Positions 39,331 through 50,379 of a stretch of DNA of 64,000 nt are shown here, one piece after another. The DNA is from Octopus sinensis. Taxonomy: Eukaryota. Under the pieces are notes generated by a model. The model did not search any database, had not been told where the DNA came from, and saw only the letters and a program-made list of their open reading frames with translations. Where the stretch lies: NCBI RefSeq assembly GCF_006345805.1, contig NW_021831404.1, forward strand, positions 190,149 to 254,148, in the 5' to 3' direction. Both the position numbers and the translations under genes were made by a program. The first letter of the stretch is position 1; the number at the start of each line of letters is the position of its first letter.

Positions 39331-40227
39331 AATTAAATCTGAATGTTGAAGTGAATCTAACGGTTTTTGTGTGTTTCTTAAATGGCTTATAAACACCTTC
39401 CACACTGCAATTGTTTTCGTTCCAGCACATGATCTCAGATCAGGTCACTTGCTATGCAAGTACATCTCCGTAATATATACTCTCTTTACTCTTTTGTTTC
39501 AGTCATTCGACTGCCGACATGCTGGAGCACCGCCTTTAATCGAGCAACTCGACCCCGGGACTTATTCTTTTGTAAGCCCAGTACTTATTCTATCGGTCTC
39601 TTTTGCCGAACCGCTAAGTAACGGGGACATAAACACACCAGCATCGGTTGTCAAGCAATGCTAGGGGGACGAACACAGACACACAAACACACACACGCAT
39701 ATATATATACATATATACGACGGGCTTCTTTCAGTTTCCGTCTGCCAAATCCACTCACAAGGCTTTTGTCGGCCCGAGGCTATAGTAGAAGACACTTGCC
39801 CAAGGTATATATATATATATATATATATTAAGATTCAGGTGCATAAGGCAATTAAAGGTAAGGCGCCGGGTTAGGTCAGAATTAAAATGCATACAGCAAT
39901 TATAGACGGATACCATCATTGGTACAGTACTGGCAGAAGCATATTCGGGTTATGTATACAATTAACTGAATCCAACAGAGTATATATCATCAGCGTTTGG
40001 GCTAATCCACAAACATACATTTTTTATTAAATACACGGGTCCTATAATATACTTCGGAACACGCGAGGGGCCGGTTTCGAGAGAGACGTTTATGTATTTG
40101 TTTTGCAGGCTCCTGATGTGAAATCGTGTGTTGAAACAGATGTTGGTATACTTGGGGGATGGTCATATTTTGCAAGTTAAACAAACACACACTATGTATT
40201 TGCTGTTCACTTGAGCTTTATTAGTAA

Positions 40228-40618
40228 CTAGCAGTATCGCCCGGCGTTGCTCGGGTTTGTTTCGACCCGCTGGAATTGGAATTTTTGAAAAGTAAAAATT
40301 TTGCATTATGTAGCTTGTTATTCTCTTCAAGTGAACATTTTCCCGGTTGAAATATACTGAAAACTGGCGACACAGCAGTGAAAAAATCGTAAAAAATAGG
40401 GATTTTCATAGAAAAAAGCACCTCTTTGATGTAAATAATTTTTGGTGTTAACATGGTCCGATTTGAATTTTATCTTCTACGGAAGGAAGAGCAACCCTTC
40501 TTCTATCATACTCTCAATTTTGGTCAACTTGCGCCGCAGGGTCTGAGAGGAGACAGTGTTAGTTGAAGGTTACCAAACCTGGCGCACACAGACAACTTCA
40601 GCTTTATATAGAGAGAGA
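40228..40618 (-). mobile_element. Non-autonomous Helitron
   Basis: Same termini and internal sequence as 487-877. Confidence 0.85.
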
Positions 40619-41209
40619 TATATCATAAGATATATTTTAGTTTTTAGTTTATTTTTATTTTTGCCTATCCTTTGACAAAGAAACAAAACTAATAAAGTTA
40701 AAATGAAGACCAAATATGTAGTGCGTGTGTTTAAGAGGCAAAATAAGACAAGCCCCAAGTACAATAACGTATATATATAAATTCGCATATATACATATAT
40801 GTACATACCTACATATATATGTAAATATAGGAGCAGGAATGGCTGTGTGGTAAGTAGCTTGCTTACCAACCACATGGTTCCGGGTTCAGTCCCACTGCGT
40901 GGCATCTTGGGCAAGTGTCTTCTACTATGGCCTCGGGCCGACCAAAGCCTTGTGAGTGGATTTGGTAGACGGAAACTGAAAGAAGCCCGTCGTATATATG
41001 TGTGTATGTTTGTGTATCTGTGTTTGTCCCCCTAGCATTGCTTGACAACCGATGCTGGTGTGTTTACGTCGCCGTTACTTAGCAGTTCGGCAAAAGCAAC
41101 CGATAGAATAAGTACCGGGCTTACAAAGAATAAGTCCTGGGGTCGATTTGCTCGATTAAAGGCGGTGCTCCAGCATGGCCGCAGTCAAATGACTGAAACA
41201 AGTAAAAGA

Positions 41210-41683
41210 GTATACATGCATATATGGATACAGGACGTCAAAAATATGTGAGCAAAATGAGAAACGAGAACATGGAAAACGAACACTTTTTTTTTTCGAA
41301 CGACGAAAGAAACAACTAGAGAAACGAGACATGCAACATGAAGGACATTCCCTTCATCAGTTGTCCCCTGTTTTATCTACTTCGAAACGCGGAGTAGATA
41401 AAATGGGACAACTGACGAAGGGAATGGTATTTTGCCTGTCTCGTTTCTCATTTTGTTCACGTTTTATGACGTCCTGTACCCATATATGCATGTATATATA
41501 CTTTTTTCTCTCCTCGTTTCTCTCCTTGTTTTTTTTTCTGTGTATCTTTCTGTCGAAGAGCGTAGGCCCGAAACGTAAAAGACTTTTTCTATTTCTATTC
41601 CTGAGCGCTATACTAATACATTTGTTTGTTTGTACTCCACCTGCCTTCGTCTTTTGTTTCTTTTCGTAAACTTTCCCGTTATA

Positions 41684-41750
<67 letters not shown>

Positions 41751-41820
41751 CGGGAAAGTTTACGAAAATAAACAAAAGACAGGCAGGTGGTGTACAAACA
41801 AACAAATGTATATTTCGTTT
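41210..41820. mobile_element. Penelope-like (PLE) terminal-repeat remnant with two inverted arrangements
   Basis: Palindrome 41210-41500 centred near 41388, a second palindrome around (TA)n 41690-41748, and a hammerhead-like motif. Family copies at 44460-44660 (-) and 51282-51375 (+). PLE assignment is inferred from the ribozyme and inverted termini. Confidence 0.55.
41545..41582 (+). ncRNA. Variant minimal hammerhead-like motif (CUGUCGA core) in a Penelope-like repeat
   Basis: TCTTT-CTGTCGA-A-GAGC-GTAG-GCCC-GAA-ACGT-A-AAAGA; palindromic ACGT in place of helix III. Confidence 0.55.
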
Positions 41821-41966
41821 TGGGGAAAGTCATTCTCTTTTGATACCTTATTAAATATTTAACTTATATATATATATATATATTTATATACACACACACA
41901 CATAGACGCTAAAGTAGCTGGCTTTAAAACCTCTGAAAGAGATTCACATAGTGATAGTACGAAACA

Positions 41967-42147
41967 GTAATGTCCGTTGCCACTTGTACATGACTGGTCT
42001 ACGCAGAACAAATGTTACATTTCAACCCCAGGAAAACATCTTTTCCCGATGGTTAACGACAGCAGCAAAATATGTTTTCCTGGGGTTAGAATGTAGTAAC
42101 ATCTGTTCTGCATAGAGCAGCCACGTAAAAGTGGCACCGGACATGAC
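41967..42147. repeat. Foldback palindrome (arms about 73 bp)
   Basis: GTAATGTCCGTTGCCACTT...CCCAGGAAAACAT / ATGTTTTCCTGGG...AAGTGGCACCGGACATGAC. Related ends occur at about 29265 and 29499-29556. Confidence 0.75.
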
Positions 42148-42153
42148 TATATA

Positions 42154-42184
<31 letters not shown>

Positions 42185-42729
42185 ATATAATGTGGGTGTC
42201 CTTTGTCACTTCCTCACAGAAAAAGGCCATCTCTTCCGTTATCAAACGTGCAATCATGAGATCTCATGTGACTAGCAAGTTTGACTTCAGACAAGCAGAC
42301 TCCGCTGCACAATACTCTCTTTTACTCTTTTAATAGTTTCAGTCATTTGACTGTGGCCATGCTGAAGCACCACCTTTAGTCGAGCAAATCGACCCCAGGA
42401 CTTATTCTTTGGAAGTCTAGTACTTATCCTATCGGTCTCTTTTTGCCGACTCGCTAAGTTACGGGGACGTAAACACACCAGCATCGGTTGTCAAGCGATG
42501 TTGGGGGACAAACACAGACACACAAACATATACACACACATACATACATATATACGACGGGCTTCTTTCAGTTTCCGTCTACCAAATTCACTGACAAGGC
42601 TTTGGTCAGCCCGAGGCTATAGTAGAAGACACTTGCCCAAGGTGCCACGTAGTGGGACTGAACCCTGAACCATGTGGTCGGTAAGCAAGCTACTTGCCAC
42701 ACAGCCACTCCTCAAGCAGAAAAGACTTA

Positions 42730-43560
42730 AATATTAACATAAACATTTATTTACACGACAGAAAACTACTGGGCGGATTTCATCTAATTCTTCCAAATCT
42801 TTATTAAAACTGTATTGGAACCAATTGTCGGGATTTTTTTTGTTTTATCACAGCAACTGGTCGCACACCACAAGTTTTATAACGGAACCTACTGAAGCAA
42901 GCCAGCACGCTCACAGCATTACCACGGGCGATGGCGAGACTAAGACCTTGAAAAGCCAGGCGCCCTCACGTGCATCACCTGACACCTAGGTGAGGCGAGC
43001 TGCCAACGTTGACAAGAACTTCGCAGTTGGTGGCCCAGTCTCTCCAAACGTCTCAAACATCGCAGGCTGGAAGTGATAGTTCACTGTCAGGTCCCGATAC
43101 TTCAGGGCTTTCTTCTGTTCGGCTACGGAACCAGTAACCCTCCCATTAGCTGCGGCATCCAGGATGCGGGAAGTAGCAAAGGAGTTGCAGACTGTGACGT
43201 ACCAAAGAAGGCACCTGCCTCTAAGCCAGGGACAGAGGGTATGACCATCTCGTTTCAAGATGGGACGTTCGATTCTCCGTCTTTCAAATGCTTTGCAACT
43301 ATCGTAGATCACTTCTTTCCAAAGCGATCGCATTTCCGTCATCTGCTCCAAGTTTTCAATATCTCAATAAGGTTTATGCCTTGGATGTTTAACACGTTGC
43401 AACTCCCCGTGAAACAATTGCTTAGGTCACCAGTCATACGAGGAAAGTGCCCAGCGCAACCCATTTGATTGCACGAGAGGGTGCTGGAAAGTTTCTGGTT
43501 TTAAGGGTGTCACGAAAGGCCCCTCGAGTTTTTTTGTTTTTTTTAACAGGATTTAGAAAA
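42730..43560 (-). mobile_element. CRE-clade non-LTR 3' fragment (Zn-knuckle remnant + RLE)
   Basis: LSC...GHFPR, DGHTLCPWLRGRCLLWYVTV, KYRDL...FQPAMFETFG, and frameshifted LSLAIARGNAVSVL; AATAAA in the putative 3' UTR. Confidence 0.8.
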
Positions 43561-43680
43561 ACTGAAGGACCGCTGCAATAAGTGCGTGAATCTGAGAGGG
43601 AAATATATTGAATAAAATTATAATTAACTGATCCTCCTGTATTTTCTTTTGCCCAGAGCCAGGAACTTTTCATCACCCCT

Positions 43681-43711
<31 letters not shown>

Positions 43712-44190
43712 GCTTCAATTAAAATAGTAATGAGGAATCGTGGCACTCTGTCAGTTACGACGACGAGGGTTCCTGCTCGTGAAATTAACGAGTGAGTGGC
43801 TGAGCACTCCACACACACACAGGTGTACCCTTAACGTAGTTCTCGGGTAGATCCAGCGTGACACAGTGTGTGACAAGGCTGTCCCTTTGAAATACAGGTA
43901 CAACAGAAATAGTAAGAAAGAGTGAGAGAAAGTTGTGGTGAAAGAACGCAGCAGGGTTCGCCACCTGCTGGAGCATCGTGGAGCTTTAGTTGTTTTCACT
44001 CAATAAACACTCACAACGCCTGGTCTGGGAATCGGGACCGCGAGTCCGCTGCCCTAACCACTGGGCCATTGCGCCTCCACAATGAGGAATATACAAAATT
44101 AATTCTGCTAACGTCGTAATGAAATACAACGACAACCCGAAATTTTCATCTAGAAATCTACCTTGCCTGGACAGACATATTACATTAATA

Positions 44191-44297
44191 CAGTGTTTCT
44201 TAACCTTTTTACCCTTGCATAACCCTTAATATAAATTACATGCACAAATAAAAATATCTTTCTCATTTTTCCTCGTAGTTCACGTGGTAAATATTTA

Positions 44298-44364
<67 letters not shown>

Positions 44365-44387
44365 TTATCTATCTATCTATCTATCTA

Positions 44388-44462
<75 letters not shown>

Positions 44463-44781
44463 ACGGGAAGGTTTACGAAAATAAACAAAGGACGAAGGCA
44501 GGTGGAGTACAAACAAACAAATGTATTAATATGGCGCTCAGGAATAGAAATAGAAAAAGTCTTTTACGTTTCGAGCTTACGCTCTTCGACAGAAAGATAC
44601 ACAGAAAAAAAAACAAGGAGAGAAAAAAATGCGTGTAGGAGCTAACGATCTATCATATTATATTATATTATATATAACGATCATAAAATTAGCATTAGTT
44701 TATATCAATCTTTCTCGCGGAACCCTTAGGGATCTTTTGCGAAACCCTGGGGTTCTGGGGAACTCTGGTTGAGAAACGCTG
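44191..44781. mobile_element. hAT MITE (same family as 29816) with nested microsatellite and Penelope-like piece
   Basis: CAGTGTTTCTTAACC...GGTTGAGAAACGCTG; TSD not preserved. Confidence 0.75.
44560..44597 (-). ncRNA. Variant minimal hammerhead-like motif (second copy, perfect helix II)
   Basis: TCTTT-CTGTCGA-A-GAGC-GTAA-GCTC-GAA-ACGT-A-AAAGA. Confidence 0.6.
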
Positions 44782-44821
44782 CGTTACTGTTAATTGAGGT
44801 GTGGATGCAGAATTTTCTTTC

Positions 44822-45040
44822 AATTTTTTTCCCACGAGAGTTCCGGACCCCAGTAATGCATACAACCAATCAGAGCTCGCCTTGACTTTGTCAAGTTAGC
44901 AAACACACTCTACCAAGTAAACTCAAGACAAAGAACAGCGTTGCAAGTCGACCGATCGCCAAGTTATGCCTGATTTTAGGATTGGCTGTATGCAAATTAG
45001 TTCATAAGTGAGGTCCGGAACTCTCGTGGGAAAAACAATT
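44822..45040. mobile_element. Unclassified MITE with 24-bp perfect TIR
   Basis: TTTTTCCCACGAGAGTTCCGGACC (44826-44849) and its reverse complement (45012-45035), plus a sub-terminal inverted GCATACAACCAATC. Confidence 0.75.
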
Positions 45041-45335
45041 TTGCGAGCCGGCTCTTGTCTTAACTCAGGAGACGCGAACAATTAATATATAGAATGATGT
45101 ATTTGTTATTAAGCCATGTTTCTCAATACTTGCTTGTTTGCGTCGCATTTCTAATCCAAGGGAAGTAATTAATTTTATTGAGAAACGGAGTTACGTCCCT
45201 TATCTTGTACACTGTTCTTGCTAATAGAATTATTGCAGTTTACATCTCTTAGCTTTGCAGCAACATCCATAAATTTTATTAATTGAAATTGTAATCATTA
45301 GACTTTACACATTTTAACTTACAAGAAAGAAATTT

Positions 45336-45599
45336 GAATCTTTTCCTTATGAACGGCACTTTTCAACACAATTTCTAGTTAACTAAACACTTTTAAACTT
45401 CGTATACTGGTAGAATGTGTCAAACTAAAACATTTTTTTCTCTTGGCTTTCTGGAGAAAATTGTAATTTGTAAGTTTAACGTAGTTTAATTTTTCGAATT
45501 TTAACTAATCCTATGCCCCCTATTTAGCTAAAATCATTTGCTGCGTCTAAAACTGAGACAACATTGTGTTGAAAAGTGCCGTTCAAAGGGAAAAGATCC
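45336..45599. mobile_element. Unclassified MITE with TIRs of about 35 bp
   Basis: ATCTTTTCCTTATGAACGGCACTTTTCAACACAAT versus ATTGTGTTGAAAAGTGCCGTTCAAAGGGAAAAGAT. Confidence 0.7.
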
Positions 45600-45629
45600 A
45601 TAAATTTATATATTCTTCTAGCTTAGACT

Positions 45630-45925
45630 TTGAATCCTTGGAAGGTATTTTTGAGTTGCTGTTTGGTTATTGAAAGCCTTCTTTTGAAAGAAGTTAACGA
45701 AATGCTAGAAAAACCAAGAAGTCTTGGAAGTAAGATGGGTGAGGTAGAGTTTCACAGTTCAGTTTATACGATTTCTGCAGTCATTTGCATGAAATGTGGT
45801 TAAGTATTATCATGAAGAAGAACCGTTTCTTTCTTCCTTTTGTTTTCGATTAAATAATACTAAACGTAAAGTGTAGTTTGTTGATTTCTTGGCAAAACTT
45901 CAATGTTGTGATTTGATTCCCCAAG
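45630..45925 (-). mobile_element. Second mariner remnant
   Basis: Minus frame LNCETLPHPSY and FQKKAFNNQTATQ, homologous to the 13.9 kb remnant. Confidence 0.7.
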
Positions 45926-46550
45926 TAGTAGACATAGGAGTGGCTGTGTGGTAAGTAGCTTGCTTACCAACCACGTGGTTCTGGGTTCAGTCCCACTGCG
46001 TGGCACCTTGGGCAAGTGTCTTCAACTATAGCCTCGAGTCGACCAAAGCCTTGTGAGTAGATTTGGTAGATGGAAACTGAAAGAAGGCCGTCGTATGTGT
46101 GTGTGTTTGTGTGTGTGTGTGCTTGTGTGTGTGTGTGTGTGTCCCGCCATCGCTTGACAACCGATACTGGTGTGTTTACGTCCCAGTAACCTAGCGGTTC
46201 GGCAAAAAGTAACCGATAGAATAAGTACTAGGCTTCCAAAGAATAAGTCGTGGGGTCGATTTGTCCAGCACGGAGCAAATGACTGAAACAAGTAAAAGAA
46301 AAAGAATATATGTGTATCACAAGGCGGCGAGCTGGGCGAAACGTTAGCACGGTGGGCGAAATGCTTAGCGGTATTTCTTGTGCCATTACGTTCTGAGTTC
46401 AAATTGCGCCGAGGTCGACTTTGCCTTTCAGCCTTTCGGGGTCAATAAATTAAATACCAATTGCGTACTGGAGCAGATCTAATCGACTGGCCCCGTCCCC
46501 CAAAATTTCAGGCCTTGTGCCTAGAGTAGAAAAGAATGAAAGACAAATAT

Positions 46551-46596
<46 letters not shown>

Positions 46597-47006
46597 ATAG
46601 CCATCGGAAAATAATAAAATAACAGCTCGTAAATCTATCAAAAATAATTTTAAAAAACGTTTCGTTCAATTCGTGTGATATCCAGTTACAGAATTTTTTC
46701 TTTTTTATCTTTTACTTCCTAATGCTGTGCATATGCTTTACAGTTTTTCCATCTTAAATTTCCCAGCCTAAAATAACAAGAACAAACAGTAAACGCAAAA
46801 TCATTAGCATAAAAAATATGTACAGAAATCTTCGCAAGGAGTGTAGGTAAAGATTAAGTTCGTCCCCAAATAAGCGTCAAAGTTTAAAATTACAGAAAGA
46901 AAAGGAAAAAAAGGCTACGCGTGTGTGATCGGATGCATGTGTGCGTGTATACGAATGGATGTGTGTGCAGTCACAGGTATGGCTGTGTGGTCTGTCTGTC
47001 TACTTA

Positions 47007-47078
<72 letters not shown>

Positions 47079-47272
47079 ATATATATATATATATTATATA
47101 TATATATATATGTATGTATGTATATATAAACAACTTATAAATAAGGGCAGACGAAAAATTTCTAATGCCAAATATGCCGAAAATTGGACATATTGTCCAT
47201 TACCATATTATTTATTACAATATGCACGCTACTCGAAAAAAAGCTGACAGAAATTTCTAAAAAATTCCATTA

Positions 47273-47332
47273 TTACCATATCGGGTCGATTTCAGGGTTA
47301 GTTCATAAGAACCCTCCCTTCGTCAGTGATAA
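47273..47332 (-). ncRNA. Type I hammerhead ribozyme, canonical core
   Basis: Minus strand TTATCA-CTGACGA-AGGG(AG)GGTTC-TTAT-GAACT(AA)CCCT-GAA-ATCG-ACC-CGAT-A-TGGTAA. All core nucleotides and three helices are present; predicted cut after AUA (47279/47278). Confidence 0.85.
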
Positions 47333-47404
47333 ATGTGGTAAAGAAATAAATGAGTTACTTACTCATACTCATGGAAGAAGCAAAACACTAAGTCATGAGC
47401 ACAA

Positions 47405-47469
<65 letters not shown>

Positions 47470-47475
<6 letters not shown>

Positions 47476-48466
47476 CTCTAGTTGTGTGAGTGTCTGTCCC
47501 CTTCGATTTAGATTCCTAACTCCTCCCACATTTTGCGGTGCAATTTAACCAAATTCGGGTATCTTATAGTCGTGATTCATATCGAGCCCGTCTGACTATT
47601 AGCGCGCGTCAACGATGAGTCTACGATTTTAAAAATAATTTAACATCATTTTTTATTCCATTTTAATGCATAAAATGCATCGTGTGTCGATGGCGGCGGA
47701 GTTGGCGTCCACGCTCACAGCTGCACCTGTTTGCTTCTCCCCCTTCCCTCCCTCGTGAAGCTGTGGGGAAGGGAGTGTAAAGAAATCAACGTCGTAATGC
47801 GTTGTGAAGGAGACCAGCGTTCTTTTAGAACAACGACTTCATGGCTTGAAGACACCAAAACAAAAATGGCTAAGAAAGCCCGAATTTATAAGGGAAGTAA
47901 CTCTCTAAAAATGCTTATATAGTTATTCCCTTACAACCCCGAGCACGCCGGGCGATACTGCTAGTATATATATAAACTCTAGTTGTGTGAGTGTCTGTCC
48001 CCTTCGATTTAGATTCCTAACTCCTCCCACATTTTGCGGTGCAGTTTAACCAAATTCGGGTATCTTATAGTCGTGATTCATATCGAGCCCGTCTGACTAT
48101 TAGCGCGCGTCAACGATGAGTCTACGATTTTAAAAATAATTTAACATCATTTTTTATTCCATTTTAATGCATAAAATGCATCGTGTGTCGATGGCGGCGG
48201 AGTTGGCGTCCACGCTCACAGCTGCACCTGTTTGCTTCTCCCCCTTCCCTCCCTCGTGAAGCTGTGGGGAGGGAGTGTAAAGAAATCAACGTCGTAATGC
48301 GTTGTGAAGGAAACCAGCGTTCTTTTAGAACAACGACTTCATGGCTTGAAGACACCAAAACAAAAATGGCTAAGAAAGCCCGAATTTATAAGGGAAGTAA
48401 CTCTCTAAAAATGCTTATATAGTTATTTCCCTTACAAACCCGAGCAACGCCGGGCGATACTGCTAG
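47470..48466 (+). mobile_element. Two head-to-tail non-autonomous Helitron copies
   Basis: Two near-identical units of about 500 bp, each ending in hairpin + CTAG (47961-47964 and 48463-48466). Confidence 0.9.
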
Positions 48467-48689
48467 TATATATATATATCTTTCTCTCTTTTCTCTTTTA
48501 CTTGTTTCAGTCATTTGACTGCGGCCATGCTGGAGCACCGCCTTTAATCGAGCAACTCGACCCCGGTACTTATTCTTTGTAAGCCCAGATTCTATCGGTC
48601 TCTTTTGCTGAACCGCTAAGTGATGGGGACATAAACACACCAGCATCGGTTGTCAAGCTAGGGGGACAAACACAGACGCACAAACACAC

Positions 48690-48721
<32 letters not shown>

Positions 48722-48726
48722 TATAT

Positions 48727-48769
<43 letters not shown>

Positions 48770-49042
48770 TATACAACGGGCTTCTTTCGATTTCCGTCTA
48801 CCAAATCCACTCACAAGGCTTTGGTCGGCCCGAGGCTATAGTAAAAGACACTTGCCCAAGGTGCCATAAAATTTTAAAATAGGATAAAATCTTAATAAGA
48901 ATTTATCAAGTAGTTAGCGGGAAAAACCTCATAAGAGAAAAAAATCCACCAATTTTTCCATATATATGTATATGCATGTATATATATGCGTGTGTGTGTA
49001 TATGTATGTATGTATGTATATATATGTGTGTGTGTGTGTGTT

Positions 49043-49074
<32 letters not shown>

Positions 49075-49075
<1 letters not shown>

Positions 49076-49633
49076 TTTTTCCCACTAGGCCGCTGGTGGC
49101 AAAAGGAATTCTACAAAATTTTTTTCACCACCCTATATTGATTAATTATGAATTTTCTGGTTAATTCCGTAATGGAATCGACGGCTTATATTTATTTGCT
49201 GCCGATAAATTTGGCGCGAGTACGACGATTTGAAAATTTTAGGTCAGATATTGCCTTGGCAGGGTTGGAAATGCCTCGTGAAAATATCTGTCCCGACTTG
49301 GCTATTTCTTGCTGAAGAATCTGAGGGCCTATGGAAGATTGGCTTGATTTAATTTAATCAGGTTAGTTTACCATTAAACAGCAGACGAAACGGTGCATCG
49401 TACAAGAAATTACAGGGTAAATGTTTTTTTAAATTTTCTCCTGTTTACGGCATTGATCTTTATTTGCGGTTGAAGCTTTGGCTGTTATTTCTAGTGGGTG
49501 AATGGCCTATTAAGGCCGTTCCTTGATTGTTGATGTTGAACTTAAAAATGGTCTACGACTATTTAATTTTTTCCCACTAGGCCGCTGGTGGCAAAAGGAA
49601 TTCTACAAAATTTTTTTCACCACCCTATATTGA

Positions 49634-49640
<7 letters not shown>
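49075..49640. repeat. Identical 74-bp direct repeats flanking 418 bp
   Basis: 49075-49148 equals 49567-49640 (TTTTTTCCCACTAGGCCGCTGGTGGC...TTGATTAATTA). Confidence 0.9.
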
Positions 49641-49673
<33 letters not shown>

Positions 49674-50119
49674 TATTTTACTCATGTCTTATGTGGTTTC
49701 GGGTTCAGCCCCACTGCGCGACTCCTTGAGCAAGTATCTTCTGCTATAGGTCCATGCTGACCAATAACTTATGAGTGAATTTGGTAGAAGGAAACTGTGG
49801 GGAAGCCGTTTTTTTTGTGCGTGTGTCCCATCATCATCACCACTTTACAACTATTGTTGCTGTGTTTATATCCTCGTAACTTAGAGGTTGTCAAACAACA
49901 AAACAGAAATAGCACTCAACATTGAGAAATACGTTCTGCGTCCGATTTATTCCACTAAACCCGTCAACGCAGTGCCCCAGCATAGCCGCAGTCCAGTGAA
50001 TGGAACAAGTTGAAGGTAAATGTTGAGTGACACAAGCTGTAATATTTGTCTCAGAGAAATTTCTCATGAAAAGCTTTGTGTGTTAAAACCACCATCGTCC
50101 AGAATGATACCCGCGAATT

Positions 50120-50162
50120 GTCAGACACACATGTTTCGACTTGATTTAGCCTCTTCAGGGAC
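50120..50162 (-). ncRNA. Minimal type I hammerhead ribozyme, canonical core
   Basis: Minus strand GTCC-CTGAAGA-GGC-TAAATCAA-GTC-GAA-ACA-TGTG-TGT-C-TGAC. GUC cleavage triplet; helix I has a mismatch next to the core. Confidence 0.65.
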
Positions 50163-50339
50163 GAACGTCTTCGTACATTCTGTTTTAGATCTGAACATTT
50201 TGTGTGATACAGAAATCAACAGACAAAATATTTAGTGATTTGTGTGGAAGTTGATCAAGCTTGAATTAAAATAATATTCATCTGTGTGTGTGTGTGTGTG
50301 GTATGTGCGTGTGAATGTATGTGAACGTGGTGTACGTAC

Positions 50340-50379
<40 letters not shown>

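Noticed and set aside
40109-40145. 37-nt plus-strand micro-exon (ttttgcag|...|gtatac)
   Set aside because: Weak donor, no recognisable peptide, and no in-frame partner exon found.
41412-41418. CTGACGA as another hammerhead core (also CTGAAGA at 6484, 49312 and 59302, and CTGATGA within the ZNF CDS)
   Set aside because: No helix II followed by GAAA at a suitable distance.
46921-47247. YIYI/HTHT/CVCV-rich ORFs throughout the track
   Set aside because: Translations of dinucleotide microsatellites and SINE bodies.
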